Source of the DNA: Octopus sinensis
Taxonomy: Eukaryota
Length of the DNA: 16,953 bases
Assembly (NCBI RefSeq): GCF_006345805.1
Contig: NW_021825031.1
Span: forward strand, 1-16,953
Reading direction: 5' to 3'
Numbering within the stretch: position 1 is the stretch's first letter; every line of letters starts with the position of its first letter. This document shows, in pieces, positions 1-8,134 of the stretch. A model generated the notes under the pieces. That model had not been told where the DNA came from. It searched no databases and saw nothing but the letters and a program-made list of their open reading frames with translations. A program made the translations under genes and the position numbers.

Positions 1-441
1 CGCTCAAAAAATTGATGACGTTTTCTTCCGTGGTCAAACTTGTTCTGTTTGGCTGGTTTCTAAACAAGATACAGTTGGGGGTCTTTTACTTATAATCGTG
101 AAGCTTGGCTTTGATTGGTTTGGAATTATATGACGTCAGTGGAACAGTGCTAGAGACCACAGCTACACTACAGCCACAACTTAACTGATATAAACACAAC
201 AATCACAAGGTCACCAAAATACGCTAACAGTCGTCAACCAAGAATCACTACTGTTGCTCCCATCGGAACACAGGGTAAAATCTATAATGAACTCCTGCAC
301 TACAGTAAGGAACGACTTACACCTTATAATATATTTTTTGCTTTTCAAGAACATGGATTCTATTGATTGTATATAGCATGGACTCTATGAATGTATGATG
401 AAACAATTATGAACTATTCATTATACTCTTTATTATAAAAA

Positions 442-493
442 TAATTCTTTTGATAAGGTTCGTTATTTCAAGAACCGAAACATGTAAAAATTA
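442..493 (+). ncRNA. Type I hammerhead ribozyme motif with U3-A8 covariant core
   Basis: Read by eye. Stem I is UAAUU(C)UU 442-449 pairing with AAAAUUA 487-493. Core is UUGAUAA 450-456. Stem II is GGUUC 457-461 with GAACC 472-476. GAAA lies at 477-480. Stem III is the palindrome ACAUGU 480-485. The cleavage triplet is GUA, with the cut after 486. Confidence 0.75.
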
Positions 494-570
494 AAATTTA
501 TCTAATATAGTGGCATTTTCAAACTTCTTTTTTACAAATATATACCCACTCGTATACGATCCAATCTTAT

Positions 571-575
<5 letters not shown>

Positions 576-616
<41 letters not shown>

Positions 617-626
617 ATATATTATA
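576..626. repeat. (TA)n microsatellite
   Basis: Direct reading of the sequence. Confidence 0.95.
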
Positions 627-823
627 GGGAGAGTTTACGAAAAAAACAAAAGACGAAGACAGGTGGTGTACAAAACAAACAGATGTATTAGTATAACGCT
701 CAGGAATTGAAAAAGTCTTTTACGTTTCGAGCCTACACGCTTCTACAGAAAGGGACACAGAAAAAAAAAACAAGCAGAGAAACAAGGAGAGAAAAATTTT
801 GTGTAGTGGCTAACGATCTATCA

Positions 824-825
<2 letters not shown>
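627..825 (-). mobile_element. ~200-bp (TA)n-flanked PLE pseudo-LTR-like / non-autonomous element, copy 1
   Basis: Flanked by TA runs on both sides. Carries a minimal hammerhead-like motif. Shares TTCCTGAGCGT (minus strand) and overall layout with 5513-5727. Confidence 0.55.
717..752 (-). ncRNA. Degenerate minimal type I hammerhead-like motif
   Basis: The minus strand reads CUUU-CUGUAGA-A-GCGU-GUAG-GCUC-GAAAC-GUA-AAAG. Stem I is 4 bp, the core has A6U plus an extra A after A9, stem II has one mismatch, and stem III is a loopless ACGU palindrome. Confidence 0.5.

Positions 826-857
<32 letters not shown>
826..857. repeat. (TA)n microsatellite
   Basis: Direct reading of the sequence. Confidence 0.95.
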
Positions 858-860
<3 letters not shown>

Positions 861-871
861 GAAGAGTCAAA

Positions 872-1143
872 CACGTATAGTAATAAACAAGCGGATGGAA
901 AAGCATAGATTAAATGCAATGAATGCACAGACGAACGGAGAAGAAACATTGAGGGTCACCAATTCCCCCTCAGTTGTCGGCCCATTGTGTCGTGCGCAAT
1001 TTCGTGTCATTATCGAAATTGCGCTCGACGCTTTGGCCGATAACTGATGTGGAATTGGCGTCCTTCTGTGTTTGTTCTTCGCTCGTCTATGCATCCATTG
1101 CATTTAATATTTGCTTTTCTGTGTTTGTTTATTACTATACGTG
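872..1143. repeat. 272-nt imperfect foldback (long palindrome, MITE-like)
   Basis: CACGTATAGTAATAAACAA at 872 pairs with TTGTTTATTACTATACGTG ending at 1143. Pairing continues inward to a perfect 11-bp stem, GCGCAATTTCG 994-1004 with CGAAATTGCGC 1014-1024, closing a 9-nt loop. Confidence 0.85.
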
Positions 1144-1189
1144 CTAGTCGTCTAAAAATATATTTCATGTAACACAACGCACTCCTCAT

Positions 1190-1730
1190 TTTTGACAGCT
1201 TAGGTGTTTTTGGTCAATAAACACTCACAATGCCCGGTCTGGGAATCGAAACCTATTTCTTTATTACCCACAAGGGGCTAAACACAGAGGGGACAAACAA
1301 GGACAGACATAGGTATTAAGTCGATTACATCGACTCCAGTGCGTAACTGGTACTTAATTTATCGCCCCCAAAAGGATGAAGGCAAAGTCGACCTCGGCGG
1401 AATTTGAACTCAGAACGTAACGGCAGACGAAATACCTATTTCTTTACTACCCACAAAGGGCTAAACACAGAGGGGACAAACAAGGACAGACATAGGTATT
1501 AAGTCGATTACATCGACCCCAGTGCGTAACTGGTACTTAATTAATCGACCCCGAAAGGATGAAAGGCAAAGTCGACCTCGGCGGAATTTGAACTCAGAAC
1601 GTAACGGCAGAGGAAATACGGCTATGCAATTCGTCCGACGTGCTAACGTTTCTGCCAGCTCGCCGCCTTAATCGGTCTGGGAATCGAAACCGCGTTCTTA
1701 CGACCGCTGGAGTTGCTGTGTATGCGAATA
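1190..1730 (-). mobile_element. Family C tRNA-derived SINE fragment split by a family A SINE insertion
   Basis: B-box GTTTCGATTCC on the minus strand and similarity to 12471-12688. The 18-19 bp sequence CGGTCTGGGAATCGAAAC(C) is duplicated at 1235-1253 and 1673-1691, which is a target-site duplication. Confidence 0.7.
1253..1667 (-). mobile_element. Family A tRNA-derived SINE with one head and two tandem ~183-bp bodies
   Basis: The head starts GGCGGCGAGCTGGCAGAAACG (A-box-like) and the B-box is GTTCAAATTCC. The body units are 1253-1435 and 1436-1619. The insertion is flanked by the TSD. Confidence 0.85.
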
Positions 1731-1814
1731 AAAATCAACAGTTAGGGAATAAAGGAGACAAGATGCAGGCTATATATGCTTCATAACTAGCAGAACCACG
1801 GAAGTAGTAATTAC

Positions 1815-2029
1815 CCCGAGCGAGGGCTAATCCGCTAGCCACTCGTCGGGCGAAACGTATCATTACATTGTCGTCAAGGGATCTCGCGTCAACTCGCAGG
1901 AGATTTGACCGGAAATTTATCAAATCTCCTACGAGTTAACATGGGAGTCCTTGACGACAGTGTAAACTTCGTTTAATTAAGGTATCTTTGGCCTCACGGG
2001 AGATTTGATCGACAATCGATCAATTCTCA
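1815..2029. other. Cluster of three stem-loops
   Basis: Hairpin at 1815-1850. Large hairpin at 1853-1974 (arms 1863-1908 and 1920-1965). Related smaller hairpin at 1993-2029. Confidence 0.75.
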
Positions 2030-2070
2030 TATGTAGCTTGGATTTCATCTTCTCCATCCCCTAATTTTGT

Positions 2071-2073
<3 letters not shown>

Positions 2074-2106
<33 letters not shown>

Positions 2107-2211
2107 TATATATATAATATATCTATATATATATTATATATAACATTATATATATAATATATATATATATATTTTATATATATATATATATATAAGTATA
2201 TATACGATATT

Positions 2212-2251
<40 letters not shown>

Positions 2252-2262
2252 TATATATAATA

Positions 2263-2296
<34 letters not shown>

Positions 2297-2301
2297 ATAT
2301 A

Positions 2302-2334
<33 letters not shown>
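2074..2334. repeat. Interrupted (TA)n microsatellite
   Basis: Direct reading of the sequence. Confidence 0.95.
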
Positions 2335-2378
2335 CGGATTAAGCACATAAATGCTTTTTATATATATATATAATTTTG

Positions 2379-3120
2379 TGGTGTGTGTGTGTATACATAT
2401 TTATGTGTTTGTGTGTGTGCGTGTCTGTGCATATACATGTGTGTGTGTATGAGTGTGTGTGTGTGTGTGTGTGTGTCTGTGTGTGTTTCTGTCTCTGTGT
2501 GTGTGTCTGAGTGTGTGTGTGTGTGTGTGTACTTGTCTATCAAGGTGGTACCCCAGGATGTCCACAGTTTTATGACTCAAATAAGTAAAAGATAAAATAT
2601 CAAGGTATATGTGTGGTGTATGTGCGTGCGTGTGTGTATACATATTTATGTGTTCGTGTGTGAGCGTGTGTGTGTATATACATGTGTGTGTGTATCAGTG
2701 TGTGTGTGTGTATGTGTACTGTATATCAAGGCGGTACCCCAGAATGTCCACAGTTTCATGATTAAAATAAGTAAAAGATAAAATATCAAGGTATATATGT
2801 GTTGTGGTGTGTGTGTGTATATATGTGTGTGTGTGCATGTGTGTACATATTTGTGTGTGTGTATATATACATGTGTGTGTGTGTACATGTCTATCAAGGC
2901 GATACCCCAGGATGTCCACAGTTCCATGATTAAAATAAAAGATAAAATATCAAGGTATATATGTGTTGTGTGTGTGTGTGTGTGTATACATAGTTGTGTG
3001 TGTGTGTGTGTGTTTATACATGTGTGTGTGTGTACATGTCTATCAAGGCGGTACTCCTAGATGTCCGGAGTTTCATGACTGAAATAAGTAAAACATAAAA
3101 TATCAAGTTATAAATGTGTG

Positions 3121-3151
<31 letters not shown>

Positions 3152-3290
3152 TGTGTGTGTGTGTATGTGTGTGTGTGTATGTGTGTGTGTGTGCGTATTC
3201 ATATATATATGTATGTGTGTGTGCGTGTGTGTGTATACATATTTGTGTGTGTGTCTATATATATATATATATACACATATGTGTGGGGAT
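2379..3290 (+). repeat. Compound minisatellite: four copies of a SINE-tail-derived core embedded in (TG)n/(TA)n
   Basis: The core TATCAAGG(C/T)G...CCACAG...AAAAGATAAAATATCAAG begins at 2538, 2724, 2892 and 3041 (periods 186, 168 and 149). It resembles the SINE 3' tail AGGCGGTGCTCCAGCATGGCC...AAACAAGTAAAAGA. Confidence 0.85.
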
Positions 3291-3314
3291 GTATGTAACA
3301 ACAACTACTAATAC

Positions 3315-3507
3315 CTATTTCTTTACTACCCACAAGGGGCTAAACATAGAGGGGACAAGCAAGGACAGACATAGGTATTAAGTCGATTACATCGACCCAA
3401 GTGCGTAACTGGTGCTTAATTTATCGACCCCGAAAGGATGAAAGCAAAGTGGACCTCGGCGGAATTTGAACTCAGAACGTAGCGGCAGACGAAATACCGC
3501 GAAGCAT
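3315..3507 (-). mobile_element. 5'-truncated family A SINE
   Basis: Matches the unit at 1253-1435. Has a 9-bp TSD, TACTAATAC, at 3306-3314 and 3508-3516. Confidence 0.85.
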
Positions 3508-3747
3508 TACTAATACTACCACTCTTTCAATTGCTACCACCCCATTGTAGCCTACCTTCATCAACGCGTCTTAAACATCCCAGTCTCCCGCCTCTTTTCC
3601 CCACACAATTGCCATTCTGCAAGTGCTCTGTTTGTTGTTTCCAGCAATGGCTCTGGCGAAGGTATCATTAATATTCTTTAGTCTTTCAATTTAGCTCAAT
3701 TGATCAACAGACCAATTGAGTAAACCTATCTATAATGACGACTAGAA

Positions 3748-4567
3748 AACCTTGTGAGTGGATTCGGTAGATGGAAACTGAAAGAAACCCATCATATATA
3801 GGGCGTAGGAGTGGCTGTGTGGTAAGAAACTTGCTTACCAACCACATGGTTCCGGGTTCAGTCCTACTGCGTGGCACCTTGGGCAAGTGTCTTCTCCTAT
3901 AGCCTTGGGCCGACCAAAGCCTTGTGAGTGGATTTGGTAGATGGAAACTGAAAGAAACCCGGTCAAATATTAGGGCGTAGGAGTGGCTGTGTGTAAGAAG
4001 CTTGCTTACCAAACCACATGGTTTCGGGTTCAGTCCTACTGGTGGCACCTTGGGCAAGTGTCTTCTCCTATAGCGTTGGGCTGACCAAAGCCTTGTGAGT
4101 GGATTTGGTAGATGGAAACTGAAAGAAACCCGTCATATATAGGGCGTAGGAGTGGCTGTGGTAAGAAGCTTGCTTACCGACCACATGGTTCCGGGTTCAG
4201 TCCTACTGCGTGGCACCTTGGGCAAGTGTCTTCTCCTATAGCCTTGGGCCGACCAAAGCCAATGTGAGTGGATTTGGTAGATGGAGACTCATAGAAGCCC
4301 GCCGTATATATGTATGTGTGTGTGTGTATGTGTGTGTGTCTGCCTGTGTCTGTGTATGTGTGTGTGTCTGTGTGTCTATATCCCCATAGCATTGCTTGAC
4401 AACCGATGCTGGTGTGTTTATATCCCCGTCACTTCGCGGTTCAGCAAAAGAGACCGATAGAATAAATACTGGGCTTACAAGGAATAAGTCCCGAGGTCGA
4501 TTTGCTCGGCTAAAGGTGATGCTCCAGCATGGCCACAGTCAAACGACTGAAACAAGTAAAAGAGAAG
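3748..4567 (+). mobile_element. Family B (CORE-like) tRNA-derived SINE with a tandemly repeated ~170-bp head unit
   Basis: Heads GGCGTAGGAGTGGCTGTG at 3802, 3974 and 4143. A-box-like TGGCTGTGTGG, B-box-like GGTTCAGTCC and CORE-like CACCTTGGGCAAGTG. The last copy continues into the full body and tail. Confidence 0.85.
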
Positions 4568-4640
4568 GGGAGAAATGGAGAGAGCGAGAAAAAAAGAAAC
4601 GGAGAGGGAAAATGTGTGGGGAATAACGATTTAACATGGG

Positions 4641-4790
4641 GCTTCAACACAGTTTCCGTTTGCCAAATTCCCTGGCATGGCATCGGTTGGTCCAAGTACT
4701 ATAGTAGAAGACACTTGCCCAAGATATCGTCCAGTGTAAACTGAATAAGAAGCTACGTGGCTGCAAAGCGCGCTTCTTGAGCACTCAGCA
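4641..4790 (-). mobile_element. Degenerate family B SINE head
   Basis: Reverse-complement match to the family B head (AGAAGACACTTGCCCAAG). Confidence 0.65.
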
Positions 4791-4971
4791 CTGGGCGAGC
4801 CTATTATGACCCTGGGGGAATTTTAATTCAGCAACAGTGAAAGCCGACAAAGTTACCAGTGCTTGAATAACGATGATATTCAAACTGTATTACGTATTAT
4901 AGCTACACAGATGTTCTGATCAAGGACACAAAACTTATCGGTTATGGGCGTGTGGGCGTGTATTTCTTTTT

Positions 4972-5428
4972 ACTTTTGTTTCGGCCATTAGATCGCGGTC
5001 ATACCTTCAAGGCGTAGGAGTGGCTGTGTGGTAAGAAGCTTGCTTACCAACACAAGGTTCCGGGTTCAGTCCTACTGCGTGGCACCTTGGGCAAGTGTCT
5101 TCTCCTATAGCCTTGGGCCAACCAAAGCCTTGTGAGTGGATCTGGTAGACGGAAACTGAAAGAAGCCCGCCGTATATATGTATATAGAATTTTAGTCAAA
5201 CAAACTGAACCCAGTATCTATCATTTTTCTGGGGTTTTTTTCTTTTTTTTTTAGTCTGGCACTTGTTCTATCTAACAAAGCCACTTGTTCTATCCGTCTA
5301 ACAAATCCACTCACAAGACTTTGGTCAGCCCGAGGGTATCGCAGAAAACACTTCCCCAAGGTGCCATGCAGTGGGAATGAACCTGGAACCACGTGGTTGG
5401 TAAGCAAGCTACTTACCACGCAGCCACT
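4972..5428 (-). mobile_element. Older family B-related SINE interrupted by a + strand family B head
   Basis: Tail pieces at 4972-5010 and 5188-5270, and the head at 5290-5428, are all on the minus strand. Confidence 0.6.
5011..5187 (+). mobile_element. Family B SINE head nested antisense in an older copy
   Basis: Starts GGCGTAGGAGTGGCTGTGTGG. Shares the diagnostic variants GTCCTACTG and CTTCTCCTATAG with the 3802-4300 copies. Confidence 0.85.
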
Positions 5429-5512
5429 AAGTTAGACATGGCCTGGACCAATCTTTGGTCGAAACATATCTAAGTTTATCTAAGTATAAACTGCTGCTAC
5501 TATATATATATA

Positions 5513-5727
5513 AAGTTAATCCAAACAAGAAAGCTAAAAAAAAACAACGCGAGGACGTGGAACAAATATAGTATTATTGGACGCTCAGGAAAGAAGGAAC
5601 GAAGGAGGGTTTAACGTTTCGAGCGGAGCTCTTCGTCGGAAACATAGGAGAAGGAAAGATCCAGAGAAGGGAAGACAGAGGGAAAAAAATCGCCAACTGT
5701 ACACACGAGGTCACATTTTGAAAGACC
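5513..5727 (-). mobile_element. ~215-bp (TA)n-flanked PLE pseudo-LTR-like / non-autonomous element, copy 2
   Basis: TA runs on both sides, a minimal hammerhead motif, and the TTCCTGAGCGT motif shared with 627-825. Confidence 0.55.
5609..5643 (-). ncRNA. Minimal type I hammerhead-like motif with U4C core and extra A
   Basis: The minus strand reads GUUU-CCGACGA-A-GAGC-UCC-GCUC-GAAAC-GUU-AAAC. Stems I and II are perfect 4-bp helices and stem III is a loopless palindrome (AACGUU). Confidence 0.6.
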
Positions 5728-5731
5728 ATAC

Positions 5732-5764
<33 letters not shown>

Positions 5765-6094
5765 GGTGTGTTAATATATATATACAGGTGTGTTAATATA
5801 TATATATATATATATTCTTGTTGGTGTGTTTGTGCCCCTGTAACGTAGCGGTTCGGCAAGCAAACATGCACAAATTTACCCAATAGAAAAGAACATTGTA
5901 TGGAATTTCCAGACGTAAATAGTTAAGGAATCATATTTTTCTACCTCACTTGACACAATGAGGTAAATTGCATAGTTCATATGTGCCTCGTAGTGTGTGG
6001 GTGTTTCCGCGTGTGTGTGTGTGTGTGTGCGCGCGCAAGCATTATCTTATATCCTTTCAATTTTCCCTTATCTTTTATTGTTATGTCTTTCACT

Positions 6095-6180
6095 TGTTTC
6101 AGTCATAGGACCCTGGTCACGCTGGAGCACCGACTTTGAAGGGTTTTAATCGAACAGTTCGTCTCCAGTACTGAATGGGG
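6095..6180 (-). mobile_element. SINE 3' tail fragment
   Basis: Reverse complement of the tail motif (CTTGTTTCAGTCAT...GCTGGAGCACCG). Confidence 0.65.
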
Positions 6181-6229
6181 TTCTTTTTTTCTGCTTTTTA
6201 ATGATTTTTAATTATTTTTTATTTTTTTC

Positions 6230-6425
6230 CTTTGACGACCGCTGTTGGTTTGTTTACATCCCCGTAACAAAGCAGTTTGGCAAAAAAGACCGATAAAATA
6301 ACTACCAGACTTTAAATATATATATATAATTGACTAGACTGGGGTCAATTTCTTCGACTAAACCCTTCAAGGCTGTGCCCCAGTATGGCTGCAGTCCAAT
6401 GACTGAAACAAGTTAAAGGGTAAAA
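6230..6425 (+). mobile_element. SINE body and 3' tail fragment
   Basis: Similar to 8880-9050 (GACCGATA...AATGACTGAAACAAG). Confidence 0.7.
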
Positions 6426-6674
6426 AAGTATATATATAAGTTGTAAATTGTCTAGTATTATTTATTCTCCATTACACATGTTTCATTTACTAATTGGAAT
6501 TAAAGTTTAACATTTTAGATGGCCATGTATGGAATTCCTTGTTAGAAATTCTTCAGATATAGGAATTCAATAATCTTAATAAATATTTTGCACTGAAACA
6601 CAGCAGCAACTGAGACTACATATTGGATCGTAGTAATGGAATGAGCAGACGTGCTTCAAGAAGAAACAGCTGGG

Positions 6675-6675
<1 letters not shown>

Positions 6676-6725
<50 letters not shown>

Positions 6726-6756
6726 ATATTATAATATATATATATATATATATATA

Positions 6757-6799
<43 letters not shown>

Positions 6800-6857
6800 T
6801 ATATATATATACTTAAATATATAATACTTAATATATATACTATTTATATATATATAC

Positions 6858-6924
<67 letters not shown>

Positions 6925-6960
6925 TATGTGTGTGTACATATGTTTTGTGTATGTGCATAC
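6676..6960. repeat. (CA)n-(TA)n compound microsatellite
   Basis: Direct reading of the sequence. Confidence 0.95.
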
Positions 6961-7035
6961 ATACAAAAATCTAACATAACAAAGAAAAAAACATAAATAA
7001 CTGCAAACAACGAACACAACAAAACATGACAACGT

Positions 7036-7055
7036 CATCATCATCATCATCTCTA

Positions 7056-7093
<38 letters not shown>

Positions 7094-7126
7094 ACTACTA
7101 CTACTACTACTACTACTGCTGCTACC

Positions 7127-7158
<32 letters not shown>

Positions 7159-7159
7159 G

Positions 7160-7211
<52 letters not shown>
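7036..7211. repeat. (TCA)n-(CTA)n-(CTG)n compound trinucleotide repeat
   Basis: Direct reading. It explains the poly-S, poly-L and poly-V ORFs in the track. Confidence 0.95.
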
Positions 7212-7212
<1 letters not shown>

Positions 7213-7589
7213 CAGTAAAATCAACAACAGACAAAGAATCAAACATCTCTCGAATAATGCTTCTCACCAAGCTGCTATGTTTTTATGGCGCTTTTGATAG
7301 CAAGAATATTCAGTGAGGTTTTCTTTATTTTTTATATATATATATTTGCTTTGCAGTCAATACAGGATACAATAAAACACAATTGAATAAAATGAAATAA
7401 AATAATAAAATAAAGCCTGTCTGTAGCAAGTTTTTCGAAATGAACACCAGCGATGGATTATTGCCTTTATAGTTTAATATTGTGTATAATACACACACAC
7501 ACAAATCCATATATACATGTGTGCATGTGTTTGTGTATATGTGTGTTACACACACACACACACACTGACACACACACAAATACACATGT

Positions 7590-7803
7590 ATGTCGTTTAA
7601 TGTACACAATATAAAGTTACGAGGCACAAATAGTTTCTTGCTATAAAGACACGTATCTTGGCAGGTTTTTATGACACACCATTCAGAGATTGTAGATTGC
7701 TTGGAGATACAGGCTGTGCTATAAAACCCAGACGAGATACGTGCCTTCACAGCAAGAAACTATTTGTAGCTCTAATCTATATAATGTGTATATTAAATGA
7801 TAT
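7590..7803. repeat. ~214-nt imperfect foldback (MITE-like)
   Basis: Arms at about 7590-7680 and 7712-7803. They include ACAAATAGTTTCTTGCT pairing with AGCAAGAAACTATTTGT, and CACGTATCT pairing with AGATACGTG. Confidence 0.8.
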
Positions 7804-7861
7804 CTGTGACTCATAGGATGGAATCCTCTTTTTGTTGATCTTAACTTAACGAGACAATAAA

Positions 7862-7864
<3 letters not shown>

Positions 7865-7935
<71 letters not shown>

Positions 7936-7940
7936 TGTGT
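7865..7940. repeat. (TG)n microsatellite
   Basis: Direct reading of the sequence. Confidence 0.95.
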
Positions 7941-8134
7941 AAGAAGTGAGTTTGTAGAGATATATTATCCGGGTGGGTACCATATTAGCTCTCTGTTGAT
8001 TTCCAGTTGATGGCTAACCCCAACGATCCGTGTCTACAGTCAGTTGTTAACCACTCCGCGAATTCTTCGATGGGTAATTCCGTGTGCTCTACCCTGGACT
8101 GTAAAGGTTGCATGGAGAATATATTTGTTGTTGT

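Noticed and set aside
1-365. Short open frames such as DINTTITRSPKY...QEHGFY* and AQKIDDVFF...
   Set aside because: No frame stays open across the region, there is no recognisable domain, and splice signals are unconvincing.
1807-1867. CGAAACGTA at 1851 preceded by a hairpin, resembling a hammerhead 3' half
   Set aside because: No 7-nt core lies between the candidate stem I and stem II. The CCGAGCGA segment is itself paired in the hairpin.
2531-4300. Regularly spaced repeats suggesting a CRISPR array
   Set aside because: The context is eukaryotic, the repeats are SINE-derived, the spacers are microsatellite or homologous, and there are no cas genes.
5428-5476. GACCA-ATCTT-TGGTC-GAAAC-ATATC, a possible decayed hammerhead
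   Set aside because: It lacks a recognisable core and stem III does not pair (AUAUC).
5941-5977. CTACCTCA and TGAGGTAAATTGCATAGTT, resembling a let-7 site and let-7 itself
   Set aside because: Only a 7-bp stem forms, the match has a 3-nt gap, and there is no precursor-length hairpin with a star arm. It is probably chance.
7213-7316. Protein-like frames next to the trinucleotide repeat (LVRSIIREMFDSLSVVDFT on the minus strand)
   Set aside because: The acceptor is weak with no pyrimidine tract, there is a stop five codons upstream, and no homology is recognised.
7960-8124. 11-bp terminal inverted match (ATATATTATCC/GGAGAATATAT) with an inner TACAGTC/GACTGTA pair
   Set aside because: The match is short and AT-rich, and the interior pairing is discontinuous. 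It is within chance expectation.
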